Positions 23,082-36,251 of a stretch of DNA of 64,000 bases are shown piece by piece. Each line of letters begins with the position of its first letter. Within the stretch, counting starts at the first letter, position 1. The stretch lies in assembly GCF_003018255.1 (NCBI RefSeq), contig NZ_CP027440.1, one strand, 5' to 3'. Position numbers and translations under genes: made by a program. The stretch is from Escherichia coli (GTDB lineage Bacteria > Pseudomonadota > Gammaproteobacteria > Enterobacterales > Enterobacteriaceae). The notes beneath the pieces were generated by a model that was not told where the DNA came from, did not search any database, and worked only from the letters and a program-made list of their open reading frames with translations.

Positions 23082-25838
23082 ATGACCAACTACAGCCTGC
23101 GCGCACGCATGATGATTCTGATCCTGGCACCGACCGTCCTTATTGGTTTATTGCTGAGTATCTTTTTCGTCGTGCATCGCTATAACGACTTGCAGCGTCA
23201 ACTGGAAGATGCCGGTGCCAGCATTATTGAGCCGCTTGCAGTTTCTACTGAATATGGCATGAGTCTGCAAAATCGCGAATCTATCGGTCAGTTAATAAGC
23301 GTACTGCATCGTCGCCATTCTGATATTGTTCGCGCGATTTCGGTTTATGATGAAAATAACCGACTCTTTGTCACCTCCAATTTTCATCTTGATCCCTCAT
23401 CAATGCAGCTCGGCAGCAACGTGCCGTTTCCTCGCCAGCTCACTGTCACTCGTGACGGCGATATAATGATCCTCCGCACGCCGATTATTTCTGAAAGTTA
23501 CTCCCCCGACGAATCGCCCAGTAGCGATGCCAAAAATAGTCAAAATATGCTGGGATATATTGCGCTGGAGCTGGATCTTAAATCGGTTCGCTTGCAGCAA
23601 TATAAAGAGATCTTTATTTCCAGCGTGATGATGCTGTTTTGTATCGGTATTGCGCTTATTTTTGGCTGGCGCTTAATGCGCGATGTAACCGGTCCGATTC
23701 GCAACATGGTGAATACCGTCGACCGCATCCGTCGCGGGCAACTCGACAGCCGGGTGGAAGGTTTTATGCTCGGCGAACTGGATATGCTGAAAAACGGTAT
23801 CAACTCGATGGCAATGTCGCTGGCGGCTTATCACGAAGAGATGCAACACAATATCGACCAGGCGACGTCCGATCTGCGTGAGACGCTGGAGCAAATGGAG
23901 ATTCAGAACGTTGAGTTGGATCTGGCGAAAAAGCGCGCCCAGGAAGCGGCGCGTATTAAATCCGAGTTTCTGGCAAATATGTCACACGAGCTGCGTACAC
24001 CACTGAATGGTGTTATTGGCTTTACCCGCCTGACGCTGAAAACAGAATTAACACCAACGCAGCGCGATCACCTGAATACGATTGAACGTTCGGCAAATAA
24101 TTTGCTGGCAATTATTAATGATGTTCTCGACTTCTCGAAACTGGAAGCCGGTAAGCTGATTCTGGAAAGTATTCCATTCCCACTACGCAGCACGCTGGAT
24201 GAAGTCGTTACCCTGCTGGCACATTCTTCTCACGATAAAGGGCTGGAACTGACGCTCAATATTAAAAGCGACGTGCCTGATAACGTGATCGGCGACCCAC
24301 TACGATTACAGCAAATCATCACTAACCTGGTAGGGAATGCAATTAAATTCACCGAGAATGGCAACATTGATATTCTGGTAGAAAAACGTGCGCTGAGTAA
24401 TACCAAAGTGCAAATTGAAGTGCAGATTCGGGATACCGGCATTGGTATTCCTGAACGCGATCAATCGCGCTTATTCCAGGCCTTCAGACAGGCTGATGCC
24501 AGTATTTCCCGCCGTCATGGTGGCACCGGGCTGGGGCTGGTGATTACACAAAAACTGGTTAATGAAATGGGCGGCGATATTTCGTTCCATAGCCTGCCGA
24601 ATCGTGGTTCAACTTTCTGGTTCCACATTAATCTCGATCTGAACCCGAACATTATTATCGAAGGGCCATCCACCCAGTGCCTCGCTGGTAAGCGCCTGGC
24701 CTATGTCGAACCAAACTCCGCAGCAGCACAATGCACGCTGGATATTTTAAGTGAAACGCCGCTGGAAGTGGTTTATAGCCCAACGTTCTCCGCGCTGCCT
24801 CCCGCGCATTACGACATGATGTTATTAGGCATAGCGGTGACCTTCCGCGAGCCGCTAACAATGCAACATGAGCGATTAGCGAAAGCAGTATCGATGACCG
24901 ATTTCCTGATGCTGGCACTTCCTTGCCATGCACAAGTCAATGCTGAAAAACTTAAGCAAGATGGTATCGGCGCGTGTCTGCTGAAACCATTAACACCTAC
25001 GCGCCTGTTGCCTGCCCTGACGGAATTTTGTCATCACAAACAAAACACGCTTTTGCCTGTAACCGATGAAAGTAAGCTGGCAATGACAGTCATGGCGGTT
25101 GATGACAACCCCGCTAACCTGAAACTTATCGGCGCATTGCTGGAAGATATGGTGCAACATGTGGAACTTTGCGATAGCGGGCATCAGGCGGTTGAACGGG
25201 CGAAACAGATGCCGTTCGATTTAATCTTAATGGATATTCAAATGCCGGACATGGACGGCATTCGGGCATGTGAGCTCATCCACCAGCTCCCGCATCAGCA
25301 GCAAACGCCGGTTATCGCGGTAACGGCGCATGCGATGGCCGGGCAAAAAGAGAAACTGCTTGGCGCGGGGATGAGTGATTATCTGGCCAAACCGATCGAA
25401 GAAGAGCGATTGCATAATTTGCTGTTGCGCTACAAGCCTGGCAGCGGTATTTCCTCTCGCGTCGTGACGCCCGAAGTCAACGAAATTGTGGTCAACCCGA
25501 ATGCGACCCTCGACTGGCAACTGGCACTACGCCAGGCAGCAGGAAAAACCGATTTAGCGCGCGATATGCTGCAAATGTTACTCGATTTCCTGCCTGAAGT
25601 TCGCAACAAAGTTGAGGAACAGCTGGTTGGAGAAAACCCGGAAGGCCTGGTTGATTTGATTCATAAACTGCATGGCAGTTGCGGCTATAGCGGTGTACCG
25701 CGTATGAAGAATCTCTGCCAACTGATCGAACAACAGCTACGTAGCGGTACTAAAGAAGAAGATTTAGAGCCGGAGCTGCTGGAACTGTTGGACGAGATGG
25801 ATAATGTAGCGCGCGAAGCCAGCAAAATTCTCGGGTAA
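23082..25838 (+). CDS. barA: Hybrid sensor histidine kinase of the BarA/UvrY two-component system
   Basis: 918 aa; HAMP, HisKA (H-box SHELRTPLN), HATPase, receiver and HPt domains. Confidence 0.95.
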   Translation: MTNYSLRARMMILILAPTVLIGLLLSIFFVVHRYNDLQRQLEDAGASIIEPLAVSTEYGMSLQNRESIGQLISVLHRRHSDIVRAISVYDENNRLFVTSNFHLDPSSMQLGSNVPFPRQLTVTRDGDIMILRTPIISESYSPDESPSSDAKNSQNMLGYIALELDLKSVRLQQYKEIFISSVMMLFCIGIALIFGWRLMRDVTGPIRNMVNTVDRIRRGQLDSRVEGFMLGELDMLKNGINSMAMSLAAYHEEMQHNIDQATSDLRETLEQMEIQNVELDLAKKRAQEAARIKSEFLANMSHELRTPLNGVIGFTRLTLKTELTPTQRDHLNTIERSANNLLAIINDVLDFSKLEAGKLILESIPFPLRSTLDEVVTLLAHSSHDKGLELTLNIKSDVPDNVIGDPLRLQQIITNLVGNAIKFTENGNIDILVEKRALSNTKVQIEVQIRDTGIGIPERDQSRLFQAFRQADASISRRHGGTGLGLVITQKLVNEMGGDISFHSLPNRGSTFWFHINLDLNPNIIIEGPSTQCLAGKRLAYVEPNSAAAQCTLDILSETPLEVVYSPTFSALPPAHYDMMLLGIAVTFREPLTMQHERLAKAVSMTDFLMLALPCHAQVNAEKLKQDGIGACLLKPLTPTRLLPALTEFCHHKQNTLLPVTDESKLAMTVMAVDDNPANLKLIGALLEDMVQHVELCDSGHQAVERAKQMPFDLILMDIQMPDMDGIRACELIHQLPHQQQTPVIAVTAHAMAGQKEKLLGAGMSDYLAKPIEEERLHNLLLRYKPGSGISSRVVTPEVNEIVVNPNATLDWQLALRQAAGKTDLARDMLQMLLDFLPEVRNKVEEQLVGENPEGLVDLIHKLHGSCGYSGVPRMKNLCQLIEQQLRSGTKEEDLEPELLELLDEMDNVAREASKILG

Positions 25839-25910
25839 TGGACGTCTTGTCGAGTAGCAACCGGATTTTTATGACGCTGGTTTCAGATTGGTGACAAGTG
25901 CCTGTGTTTA

Positions 25911-25941
25911 TGCCGGATGCGGCGTTAACGCCTTATCCGGC
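25911..25941. repeat. REP element
   Basis: gccggatgcggcgttaacgccttatccggcc, matching the REP consensus, between convergent barA and gudD. Confidence 0.7.
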
Positions 25942-26068
25942 CTGCAAAACCAATTAAATTCAATGAATTAAAAAATGATGTAGCCCTGATACGTAGCGCA
26001 ACAGGCAATTTTGCGTTTGGCATCAGTCTCAAACCGGCTCCAGATAGAGCCGGTTTTGGTTTTCTGTC

Positions 26069-27409
26069 TTAACGCACCATGCACGGACGCTTGTTATCGA
26101 ACGTCCAGCCGGGGATCAGGTACTGCATTCCCATCGCATCGTCACGCGCGCCAAGCCCGTGTTTCTGATACAGCTCGTGCGCTTTCATCACTTGATCCAT
26201 ATCGATTTCTACACCCAGCCCCGGTTTTTCTGGCACCTGAACCAGACCGCCTTTGATCTCTAACGGTTCTTTGGTCAGGCGCTGATTACCTTCCTGCCAG
26301 ATCCAGTGCGTATCAATCGCGGTGATTTTACCCGGTGCGGCAGCGGCAACATGGGTAAACATCGCCAGGGAAATATCGAAGTGGTTGTTGGAGTGTGAAC
26401 CCCAGGTCAGGCCAAATTCATGACACATTTGCGCCACACGTACCGAACCTTGCATCGTCCAGAAATGCGGATCCGCAAGCGGGATATCAACGGATTGCAA
26501 CGAGAGCGTATGGCCCATCTGCCGCCAGTCGGTGGCGATCATATTGGTTGCGGTCGGCAGGCCAGTTGCGCGACGGAACTCTGCCATCACTTCACGCCCG
26601 GAGAAACCTTGCTCCGCACCACACGGATCTTCTGCATAAGCCAGCGAACCTTTCAGGTATGTACCGATTTTAATCGCTTCTTTCAGCGACCAGGCACCGT
26701 TAGGATCGAGCGTAATACGCGCCTGCGGGAAACGTTGCGCCAGTGCCACAATAGATTCGGCTTCTTCTTCCCCGGCCAGTACACCGCCTTTCAGTTTGAA
26801 ATCGTTGAAGCCATATTTTTCATACGCCGCTTCCGCCAGGCGCACCACCGCATCCGGCGTCATCGCTTCTTCATGACGCAGGCGATACCAGTCGCATGAG
26901 TCATCCGGCTGGCTTTGATACGGCAGCGGTGTAGCTTTGCGATTGCCGACGAAGAACAGATAACCGAGCATTTCGACTTCGCTACGCTGTTGACCATCGC
27001 CCAGCAGCGATGCCACGTTTACCCCCAGATGCTGCCCCAGCAGATCCAGCATTGCCGCTTCTATCCCGGTAACTACATGAATAGTGGTACGCAAATCAAA
27101 TGTCTGCAAACCGCGCCCACCGGCATCACGATCGGCAAAAGTATTACGCACCAGCGTCAGAACGTTTTTGTATTCACCCAGCGTTTTACCCACCACCAGC
27201 GGAATCGCATCTTCCAGCGTTTTACGGATTTTCTCGCCGCCGGGAATTTCCCCTACGCCAGTGTGACCGGAATTATCTTTGATAATCACAATATTACGCG
27301 TGAAGAACGGTGCATGTGCACCACTCAGATTCATCAGCATACTGTCATGACCCGCCACCGGGATGACCTGCATTTCAGTAACAACAGGCGTCGTAAATTG
27401 AGAACTCAT
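26069..27409 (-). CDS. gudD: Glucarate dehydratase
   Basis: ORF 26069..27433 trimmed to [32 protein letters not shown] (446 aa); enolase-superfamily member. Confidence 0.93.
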   Translation of the reverse strand: MSSQFTTPVVTEMQVIPVAGHDSMLMNLSGAHAPFFTRNIVIIKDNSGHTGVGEIPGGEKIRKTLEDAIPLVVGKTLGEYKNVLTLVRNTFADRDAGGRGLQTFDLRTTIHVVTGIEAAMLDLLGQHLGVNVASLLGDGQQRSEVEMLGYLFFVGNRKATPLPYQSQPDDSCDWYRLRHEEAMTPDAVVRLAEAAYEKYGFNDFKLKGGVLAGEEEAESIVALAQRFPQARITLDPNGAWSLKEAIKIGTYLKGSLAYAEDPCGAEQGFSGREVMAEFRRATGLPTATNMIATDWRQMGHTLSLQSVDIPLADPHFWTMQGSVRVAQMCHEFGLTWGSHSNNHFDISLAMFTHVAAAAPGKITAIDTHWIWQEGNQRLTKEPLEIKGGLVQVPEKPGLGVEIDMDQVMKAHELYQKHGLGARDDAMGMQYLIPGWTFDNKRPCMVR

Positions 27410-27429
27410 ATTTATGTCCTTTTTCAGAA

Positions 27430-28770
27430 TCAATGACGGCCGAAAACGGGACGTTTACGGTCAAAGGTCCAGCCGGGGATCAGGTACTGCATCGGGCCTG
27501 CGTCGTTACGCGCACCGCCAGGCAGACGTTTATAGGCCTCATGTGCCTTTTGTACCTGTTCCCAGTCCAGTTCCACGCCCAGACCGGGCGCATCAGGAAC
27601 GGCAATTTTTCCGTTTTTAATCTCCAGCGGATTTTTGGTCAGACGACAATCGCCCTCCTGCCAAATCCAGTGGGTATCGATAGCGGTAGGATTACCCGGT
27701 GCCGCCGCGCCCACATGGGTAAACATCGCCAGAGAGATATCAAAGTGGTTATTAGAATGGCAGCCCCAGGTCAGCCCCCAGTCGTCGCAAAGTTGTGCCA
27801 CGCGGACTGCACCGGAAAGCGTCCAGAAGTGCGGATCGGCAAGTGGAATATCTACCGCATTGAGCATCACCGCATGACCCATTTCGCGCCAGTTGGTGGC
27901 GATCATGTTGGTCGCGACGGGCAAGCCGGTCGCCCGTCGAAACTCCGCCATCACTTCACGACCGGAGAAACCCTGCTCAGCGCCGCACGGGTCTTCCGCA
28001 TAGGTAAGAACATCATTCAGCCCTTTGCACAGAGAAATGGCTTCATCAAGCAGCCAGGCACCATTGGGATCAACGGTAATCCGCGCATCAGGGAAGCGTT
28101 TCTTCAATGCACGAACAGTGTCGATTTCTTGCTCGCCAGGTAACACGCCACCCTTAAGTTTGAAATCTTTAAAGCCATAGCGATCCTGTGAGGCTTCCGC
28201 CAGACGCACAACGGCTTCGCTGTTCATCGCTTTCTGATGCCGCAACTGATACCACTCATGGTTGCCCGGCGTATTTTCCAGATAAGGAAGATCGGTTTTG
28301 GTCCGATCACCGATATAAAACAGATAACCGAGAACGGTAATAGCATCACGTTGCTTGCCTGGCCCTAACAGTTCGCAGACCGGAACATTCAGCGCCTGAC
28401 CTAACAGGTCAAGCAAAGCGGCTTCCAGCGCCGCCACGGCATTAACGCGCAATTCAAAAGTCCAGGCACCTTTGCCGAAGGTATCAAAATCGGCTGCCTG
28501 ATTACCTTTATGCACCTGCTGAACCACTTTATTCAGGCGCGCAACTTCCTGGCCCAGCACCATCGGAATAGCCTCGACCAGTGTTTGATAAATCACCTCT
28601 CCGCCCGGCGCTTCACCAATGCCGGTATGCCCGGCGTTATCGGTGAGTACCACAATATTGCGGGTGAAATATGCGTTATGTGCACCACCAATATTAAGCA
28701 ACATGCTGTCATGTCCGGCGACCGGAATGACTTTCATATCAGTAATAACAGGACTGGATTGTGTCGTCAT
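27430..28770 (-). CDS. gudX: Glucarate dehydratase-related protein
   Basis: 446 aa paralogue of gudD ([31 protein letters not shown]). Confidence 0.93.
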   Translation of the reverse strand: MTTQSSPVITDMKVIPVAGHDSMLLNIGGAHNAYFTRNIVVLTDNAGHTGIGEAPGGEVIYQTLVEAIPMVLGQEVARLNKVVQQVHKGNQAADFDTFGKGAWTFELRVNAVAALEAALLDLLGQALNVPVCELLGPGKQRDAITVLGYLFYIGDRTKTDLPYLENTPGNHEWYQLRHQKAMNSEAVVRLAEASQDRYGFKDFKLKGGVLPGEQEIDTVRALKKRFPDARITVDPNGAWLLDEAISLCKGLNDVLTYAEDPCGAEQGFSGREVMAEFRRATGLPVATNMIATNWREMGHAVMLNAVDIPLADPHFWTLSGAVRVAQLCDDWGLTWGCHSNNHFDISLAMFTHVGAAAPGNPTAIDTHWIWQEGDCRLTKNPLEIKNGKIAVPDAPGLGVELDWEQVQKAHEAYKRLPGGARNDAGPMQYLIPGWTFDRKRPVFGRH

Positions 28771-28771
28771 C

Positions 28772-30124
28772 TTATTGCCCCGCGACAGGTTTCAGCTCAA
28801 TACGCTTGATATCGCCCACCAGCACCAGGTAGCTGAGTACCGCGATTAAGGCATGAACACCAACATAAATCAGCGCCCCATTAAAGGAGCCAGTCGTGCC
28901 AACGATATAACCAATTGCGATTGGCGTGACGATGCCAGAAATGTTACCAAACATGTTGAACAGGCCACCGGAAAGACCGCTGATCTCTTTTGGCGCAGTA
29001 TCAGCCATTACAGCCCAACCCAGCGCCCCGATCCCCTTACCGAAGAAGGCCAGCGCCATAAAGCCGATGATCATCCACTCAACGTTGACGTAGTTGCAGA
29101 ACACCATCACCATCGACAACAACATGCCCATCACGATCGGTGTTTTACGCGCAATGTTCAGTGAACCCGTGCGACGCATCAGCCAGTCGGAAATAATCCC
29201 ACCCAGCACACCGCCGATAAAACCGCAAACCGCCGGAACGGAAGCCACAAAGCCCGCTTTCAGAATCGACATCCCGCGCGCCTGCACCAGATAAACCGGG
29301 AACCAGGTAATGAAAAAGTAAGTCAGGGCGTTGATACAGTACTGACCGATATAAACGCCGATCATCATCCGTGACCCGAGCAGCTGTTTGATCTGCCCCC
29401 ACTTCACGCTGAACGGCACTTTAACTTTGGTGTTTTGCTGATCCATATTGATCAGCGCGCCACCCGCGGCGATGTACTCCAGCTCTTTCTGATTTACGCC
29501 CGGATGTTGATTTGGCTCGTGGATGACTTTCAACCAGATAAAGCTGATGACAATGCCCAGACCGCCCATAAAGAAGAAGACGTGTGACCAGCCCACTTCA
29601 TGAGTTAGCCAGCCCATAATCGGCGCGAAGATAACCGTTGCGAAGTATTGGGCGGAGTTAAAAATCGACACCGCCGTTCCCCTTTCCTGCGCCGGAAACC
29701 AGGCCGCAACAATGCGGCTGTTGCCAGGGAAAGATGGCGCTTCAGCAAGCCCGACCAGGAAGCGCAGTGTAAACAGGGCAACGATAATGCCGAATCCACT
29801 AAAGATATCGACGAAGCCTTGCAGCAAGGTAAACATCGACCAGATAAAGATCGACCAGAAGTAGACGCGTTTTGAACCAAAACGATCCAGCAACCAGCCA
29901 CCAGGGATCTGCCCGATAACATACGCCCATGAGAAGGCAGAGAACACATAGCCCATTCCCACGGGATCAAGGCCGATATCTTTGGCCATTTCCGAACCGG
30001 CAATAGAAAGCGTAGCGCGGTCGCCGTAGTTGAAGGATGTGACGATAAACAACATCACCACTATCCAGTAACGAGCATTCGTGCGTTTTTCCACACTGCT
30101 CGCAGCCTGACTTAAAGAACTCAT
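28772..30124 (-). CDS. gudP: Glucarate/galactarate MFS transporter
   Basis: 450 aa MFS; first gene of the gudPXD operon. Confidence 0.92.
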   Translation of the reverse strand: MSSLSQAASSVEKRTNARYWIVVMLFIVTSFNYGDRATLSIAGSEMAKDIGLDPVGMGYVFSAFSWAYVIGQIPGGWLLDRFGSKRVYFWSIFIWSMFTLLQGFVDIFSGFGIIVALFTLRFLVGLAEAPSFPGNSRIVAAWFPAQERGTAVSIFNSAQYFATVIFAPIMGWLTHEVGWSHVFFFMGGLGIVISFIWLKVIHEPNQHPGVNQKELEYIAAGGALINMDQQNTKVKVPFSVKWGQIKQLLGSRMMIGVYIGQYCINALTYFFITWFPVYLVQARGMSILKAGFVASVPAVCGFIGGVLGGIISDWLMRRTGSLNIARKTPIVMGMLLSMVMVFCNYVNVEWMIIGFMALAFFGKGIGALGWAVMADTAPKEISGLSGGLFNMFGNISGIVTPIAIGYIVGTTGSFNGALIYVGVHALIAVLSYLVLVGDIKRIELKPVAGQ

Positions 30125-30558
30125 TGTTGCACTCCTGAAAATTCGCGTTAGCCACGCTCACTCTGGACTGCGACATCGCCAGGAAATCAGAGGTGACGTA
30201 GGGTGTTTTTTGCCGTTTTTATAGGTCGTTCGCCGAATACGGCGCGTGTTTATATCTGGCAATAGCAGTATAAAAAGCGCGCCATAGCGGCTCACCGTGC
30301 AACAACACAACATTAATGCGTTCAATGAGGCCCGATTTTGGCATTAGCCCTGGACGGTGGAATCCACTTCACGGAAATGAAAACAAGAACAAGAAAGGAA
30401 GGGTTAAAACGAAGAAATAAAGAAGAGTATGAAATGGATCGCTTGACTCCAGGCAAACGCCAGTAAAAATCCGCGCTATGAAGCAGTTTTTACTGGCATT
30501 TGCCTGAAAAGATTCGATTCAGCACCGCTAAAACGGCATTTACCGCTCGCTGAACATA

Positions 30559-31008
30559 TCAGGACAACATCGTGCCCCAATGTTCGACCCACGGATTTGA
30601 TTCCGTTTCCGGTTCCGGGTTCTCACTGGCGTCAATCAACAGCATTTCGCCAACCCGCTGAGCGCTCTGTTCCTGCAACAAGGCATCGAACTGTTTGCCA
30701 CTATTGCAGAAATTCACATAACTACTGTCGCCGAGCGCAATCACGCCATAACGCAGATTCGGCTGGAAGCCCAGGGTATCTTTAATTCCCTGAAAGAGCG
30801 GCACAATGCTATCAGGAAGGTCGCCCTGCCCGGTCGTGGACGTAACCACCAGAACATACTTATCCTGATAGGGCAGCCAGTCGCTTAATTCAGGATCTTC
30901 AAATACCGTTGCTTTGTGGCCCTGCGCGGTCAGAATTGCTTCCGCTTCTTCCGCCACTAACAGCGAATTTCCGTACATAGTGCCGACAAAAATACCAATT
31001 TCCGCCAT
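30559..31008 (-). CDS. yqcA: Flavodoxin-like protein
   Basis: 149 aa, [23 protein letters not shown]; flavodoxin fold. Confidence 0.88.
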   Translation of the reverse strand: MAEIGIFVGTMYGNSLLVAEEAEAILTAQGHKATVFEDPELSDWLPYQDKYVLVVTSTTGQGDLPDSIVPLFQGIKDTLGFQPNLRYGVIALGDSSYVNFCNSGKQFDALLQEQSAQRVGEMLLIDASENPEPETESNPWVEHWGTMLS

Positions 31009-31025
31009 ACCGTTTTCTCCCTGGA

Positions 31026-31808
31026 TTAGGAACTTATCTCTCCATCCTGACCCGATGGCGCACTGAACTCAACCCTTTCATTTTCAGGAAGCAGACCCCG
31101 CCAGCCAAATTGTGATAACGCCTGCATCCAGGTGTCGTCCAGGCCCGCGTGAATAGTCAGTGGCTCGCCAGTAAAAGGATGCGTCAATGACAACTGACTG
31201 GCATGCAGCATTAACCGCTGAAGGCCAAAATGTTCAGCACCGCTGCGATTCTGGCGTAAATCACCATGTTTGCTGTCGCCAATAATCGGGTGGCGCAAAT
31301 GGGCAAGATGGCGACGGAGCTGGTGCTTACGTCCGGTTTTCGGCTCCAGTTCCACCAGGCCGTAGCGCGTGGTCGGGTAACGTCCGGTCGCTACCAGCAT
31401 TTCTACGGTCGCCAGACCGCGATAATGCGTCACTGCTGGCTGCGGGCCTTTATCTTCGCGGGCAAATTTATCAGCGATTTTGTCCAGTTCTTCCACCAGT
31501 GGATAATCCAGCACCGCTTCTTCCATCAACCAGCCGCGCACAATCGCATGGTAACGTTTCTGGATTTGGTGCTGTTCAAACTGTTGTGCCAGCAGCCGTC
31601 CGGCCTCGCTGGATAATCCCATCAACAACACACCAGAAGTGGGTCGGTCCAGACGATGAGCAGTAAACACATGCTGGCCTATCAGGTCACGCACGGTTTG
31701 CATGACCACTACTTTCTCGTCGCGATCCAGCCAGCTGCGGTGAACCAGCCAGCCGGAGGGTTTATTTACCGCAACCAGCCATTCATCCTGATAGAGTATT
31801 TCCAGCAT
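31026..31808 (-). CDS. truC: tRNA pseudouridine(65) synthase
   Basis: 260 aa RluA-family pseudouridine synthase (HRLDRPTSG motif). Confidence 0.92.
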   Translation of the reverse strand: MLEILYQDEWLVAVNKPSGWLVHRSWLDRDEKVVVMQTVRDLIGQHVFTAHRLDRPTSGVLLMGLSSEAGRLLAQQFEQHQIQKRYHAIVRGWLMEEAVLDYPLVEELDKIADKFAREDKGPQPAVTHYRGLATVEMLVATGRYPTTRYGLVELEPKTGRKHQLRRHLAHLRHPIIGDSKHGDLRQNRSGAEHFGLQRLMLHASQLSLTHPFTGEPLTIHAGLDDTWMQALSQFGWRGLLPENERVEFSAPSGQDGEISS

Positions 31809-32137
31809 TAGCTCGCATCATCCGCAAAAAGAGCATCCAGTTTTTCCAGCTCAGCCAGAATAAGCGCGCGTTGCGGATGATCAGTCGCCAGCGCCATTTC
31901 ATAATAGGGTGCAACGGCAAAAGCGCCCGGTAACGGCTGGTTGTTATCTAACAAATCGTGCATTCGCGGGATCAGCACCCACTGCAACCACTCCAGTGGT
32001 TCCATGGTGTCCATAAAGAACGGTTGGGTACTGTTAAATTGATGCGGCTGGGGTTTATCGTTTCGCCAGTGCTGATGTTCACGCAGTAACGCTTCAAGCG
32101 CCTGCAACTGGAGACGAACGCGGTCATGAGTGGTCAT
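31808..32137 (-). CDS. yqcC: DUF446-family protein
   Basis: 109 aa; stop overlaps the truC start. Confidence 0.85.
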   Translation of the reverse strand: MTTHDRVRLQLQALEALLREHQHWRNDKPQPHQFNSTQPFFMDTMEPLEWLQWVLIPRMHDLLDNNQPLPGAFAVAPYYEMALATDHPQRALILAELEKLDALFADDAS

Positions 32138-32182
32138 AAAGCAACCTCAATAAGAAAAACTGCCGCGAAGGATAGCAGGAAT

Positions 32183-32548
32183 AAAAAAAGGGAGCACTGT
32201 ATTCACAGTGCTCCCGGTTCGTTTCGCAGCATTCCGGCTACTTTTGTTGCTCCCTGCTCATCCTTGACAACTTTTCCTCTGGCCTTGCGGCCAATCGTTC
32301 ATCCTGAACTATTGCTTCCTGCTCACACCACCCCGATGTGATACTTCATCCTGAAGTGTTCCTGGCCTTCCTGACCCACCGAATCATCCTGACCGGTTCT
32401 CATTCTCCATCCTGGAGGTGTCCTTTAACGCGTCCTGCGTCATCCTCTTCGCTTCATCCAGAAGCCTTTCCCTGAAACACCATCCTGGTGTGTCCTTCAG
32501 AAGTGTCATCATCCTGATGTTCACTTCGTTGTCTGACTCCCTGTCGAC
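32183..32548 (-). ncRNA. csrB: CsrB small RNA (CsrA-sequestering)
   Basis: Minus strand begins GTCGACAGGGAGTCAGACAACGAAGTGAACATCAGGATGATG; about 18 CAGGA(U/A)G-type GGA motifs; 3' hairpin gggagcactgtgaatacagtgctccc followed by a T-run. Confidence 0.93.
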
Positions 32549-32758
32549 GAAGATAGAATCGTCTTTTTCGCGAAGTCTTACAAGGCGCTTACAGACAATG
32601 CCTTAAGGAAAATTTCATATGAAAGTTAAGAATTAACAAGCAACATGTTGTTTTTAAATGAGAATAACGATTCTTATCTTTTTAAGTATTCGCTTATTTC
32701 CTGGCGATCTCCTACAGAGTCTGTAAGAGATCTCTCACAACCAGATGGGGTATTTGGA

Positions 32759-33304
32759 TTACAGAAGAGGCTTAAGTTGATTAAGGAATTCCGCAAGATT
32801 TGAGGCTAAATGCGTCCGTTTACGTGTTCCTAGCGTCTCTTTGCACACTTCACCGGAGAGATTACACACCGAGATGACCTCTAACTCTTCTTCCAGCGTC
32901 GCGATAAATAGCGTGGGCGGCAGTTTTAGCCTTTTCTGAGTCACCAGATGACCAATCAGATTTTCCTGCACCCGACGGAAATCGTCTTCACTCCAGGTTT
33001 GCAGCAATGTCAGTTTGATATCGCCAAACTGCGCGTGCATATCCCCGGCAAACTGAGTCGTATAAAAGGTATGAATCGTGGGTTGTATCACAATATCAAA
33101 AGCGCGTTCAACCGCGTTTACATTTTGTTCCCCGGTAAACGGCTGGGGTTGCCAGTATACGGCATCTTCGGTAGTTGAAATAATGCACGGTGAAGGAACG
33201 CCGTACAGTTCCTCACTTAACGGCCAGCTTTTATGCTCTTCATGCCACGCATCGCAGTAGCGTGCAGTAAAATCTTTCAGGGCTTGTGCGGTCAAATCGT
33301 CCAC
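32759..33304 (-). CDS. syd: SecY-interacting protein Syd
   Basis: 181 aa, [23 protein letters not shown]. Confidence 0.9.
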
Positions 33305-33371
33305 TAATTTCTCTCTTCACTTAAACCAGATACACTTGTCGTTTAGTTTATCTGGTTTATGACGGTGAAAC

Positions 33372-34220
33372 ATGTCTTCTTATGCAAACCATCAGGCACT
33401 TGCGGGCCTGACTCTTGGAAAATCAACCGATTACCGGGATACCTATGACGCCAGCCTACTGCAAGGCGTTCCACGCAGCCTGAATCGCGACCCGCTGGGT
33501 CTGAAAGCGGATAACCTGCCTTTTCACGGTACGGATATCTGGACGCTGTATGAACTTTCCTGGCTGAATGCGAAAGGTTTGCCGCAGGTCGCTGTCGGTC
33601 ATGTTGAACTTGATTACACCAGCGCAAATCTGATTGAGTCGAAGAGTTTTAAGCTCTATCTCAACAGTTTTAACCAGACGCGTTTTAATAACTGGGATGA
33701 GGTGCGCCAGACGCTGGAGCGCGACTTAAGCACTTGCGCTCAGGGTAAGGTTAGCGTGGCGTTATATCGTCTTGATGAACTGGAAGGCCAACCGATAGGT
33801 CATTTCAATGGCACTTGCATTGATGACCAGGATATCACTATCGATAACTATGAATTCACTACTGACTATCTGGAGAATGCCACCAGTGGCGAAAAAGTAG
33901 TAGAAGAGACGCTCGTCAGCCACCTGCTGAAATCAAATTGCCTGATCACCCATCAACCAGATTGGGGATCGATCCAAATTCAGTATCGTGGACGCCAAAT
34001 TGACAGAGAAAAACTGCTGCGTTACCTGGTTTCTTTCCGTCATCACAACGAGTTCCACGAACAGTGCGTGGAACGCATCTTTAATGACCTGTTACGCTTC
34101 TGCCAGCCAGAGAAATTGAGCGTTTACGCACGTTATACCCGTCGTGGCGGTCTGGACATTAACCCGTGGCGCAGTAATAGCGATTTTGTCCCATCGACCA
34201 CAAGACTGGTTCGGCAATAA
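33372..34220 (+). CDS. queF: NADPH-dependent 7-cyano-7-deazaguanine reductase
   Basis: 282 aa two-domain QueF. Confidence 0.93.
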
Positions 34221-34331
34221 ATTTTTTCTCAATTTTGCGTGCTGGATTCACGCAGAAGGTTGTGAAAGGTCATCAGGCAGGGCTATTGTAATCAAAGGGA
34301 ATGACGATATTCGTCCCATAAGGAGTTTTTC

Positions 34332-35696
34332 TTGATTACACATATTAGCCCGCTTGGCTCCATGGATATGTTGTCGCAGCTGGAAGTGGATATGCTTAAA
34401 CGCACCGCCAGCAGCGACCTCTATCAACTGTTTCGCAACTGTTCACTTGCCGTACTGAACTCCGGTAGTTTGACCGATAACAGCAAAGAATTGCTGTCTC
34501 GTTTTGAAAATTTCGATATTAACGTCCTGCGCCGTGAACGCGGCGTAAAGCTGGAACTGATAAATCCCCCGGAAGAGGCTTTTGTCGATGGGCGAATTAT
34601 TCGCGCTTTGCAGGCCAACTTGTTCGCGGTTCTGCGTGACATTCTCTTCGTTTACGGGCAAATCCATAACACCGTTCGTTTTCCCAACCTGAATCTCGAC
34701 AACTCCGTCCACATCACTAACCTGGTCTTTTCCATCTTGCGTAACGCTCGCGCACTGCATGTCGGTGAAGCGCCAAATATGGTGGTCTGCTGGGGCGGGC
34801 ACTCAATTAACGAAAACGAGTATTTGTATGCCCGTCGCGTCGGGAATCAGCTGGGCCTGCGTGAGCTGAATATCTGCACCGGCTGTGGTCCGGGAGCGAT
34901 GGAAGCGCCGATGAAAGGCGCTGCGGTCGGACACGCACAGCAGCGTTACAAAGACAGTCGTTTTATTGGTATGACAGAGCCGTCGATTATCGCCGCTGAA
35001 CCGCCTAACCCGCTGGTCAACGAATTGATCATCATGCCGGATATCGAAAAACGTCTGGAAGCGTTTGTCCGTATCGCTCACGGTATCATTATCTTCCCTG
35101 GCGGTGTGGGTACGGCAGAAGAGTTGCTGTATTTGCTGGGAATTTTAATGAACCCGGCCAACAAAGATCAGGTTTTACCATTGATCCTCACCGGCCCGAA
35201 AGAGAGCGCCGACTACTTCCGCGTACTGGACGAGTTTGTCGTGCATACATTGGGTGAAAACGCGCGCCGCCATTACCGCATCATCATTGATGACGCCGCT
35301 GAAGTCGCTCGTCAGATGAAAAAATCGATGCCGCTGGTGAAAGAAAATCGCCGCGACACAGGCGATGCCTACAGCTTTAACTGGTCAATGCGCATTGCGC
35401 CAGATTTGCAAATGCCGTTTGAGCCGTCTCACGAGAATATGGCTAATCTGAAGCTTTACCCGGATCAACCCGTTGAAGTGCTGGCTGCCGACCTGCGCCG
35501 TGCGTTCTCCGGTATTGTGGCGGGTAACGTAAAAGAAGTCGGTATTCGCGCCATTGAAGAGTTTGGTCCTTATAAAATCAACGGCGATAAAGAGATTATG
35601 CGTCGTATGGATGACCTGCTACAGGGTTTTGTTGCCCAGCATCGTATGAAGTTGCCAGGCTCAGCCTACATCCCTTGCTACGAAATCTGCACGTAA
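34332..35696 (+). CDS. ppnN: Pyrimidine/purine nucleotide 5'-monophosphate nucleosidase (LOG-family)
   Basis: 454 aa with TTG start ([19 protein letters not shown]); PGGxGTxEE LOG-family motif ([10 protein letters not shown]). Confidence 0.9.
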
Positions 35697-36251
35697 TCTC
35701 CCTCCCCCGGTGACGTTTGTTGCCGGGTTTTCTCGTTTTTGGTCACATACCCATCAATTTATTTCATTTGTTATATGAATGTTTCTTACCACCCTCATGC
35801 GATAAATTTCATTACAGTTAATATGTCATACAATTTATGTTGTAACGCAAACGTTTCCCTATTTTCATAAACCACATTTTATCGCTATGAAAAAGAAATT
35901 ATCGCCATGATTAACTAAAAGTATTGATTTTTTCAGTTCAACCTACATATATTGCGCGCCCCGGAAGAAGTCAGATGTCGTTTAATGGGCAAATATTGCC
36001 CTTAAATTCTCTTTTACTTTTGATTTACAGAGTAAAGCGTTGGGATAATCTATCTTCCAAGTAGATTATTGTATTTGGGATCAAGATCACTGATAGATAC
36101 ATAACTTGTGTGTATCTTTCCGCCCTCAAATTATTACGGCGGTAAATGATTAAGCCATCGCCTATAGACAGATTTCATTTTTACGGTCAGGCACCTTCCC
36201 GGGCTGAACTGGCTAAAAGCTGAATTATTTGCATTCCTCCAGGAGAAATAG

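Noticed and set aside
30376-30465. 29-aa highly basic small ORF (MKTRTRKEGLKRRNKEEYEMDRLTPGKRQ) in the gudP-yqcA intergenic region
   Set aside because: No convincing RBS, purine-rich low-complexity sequence, and it overlaps the inverted-repeat element; more likely non-coding, though a small protein cannot be excluded without ribosome profiling
32126-32606. Two short plus-strand ORFs (71 and 62 aa) in the yqcC-syd gap
   Set aside because: The region is the csrB sRNA on the opposite strand; the ORFs have no RBS and a repetitive translation
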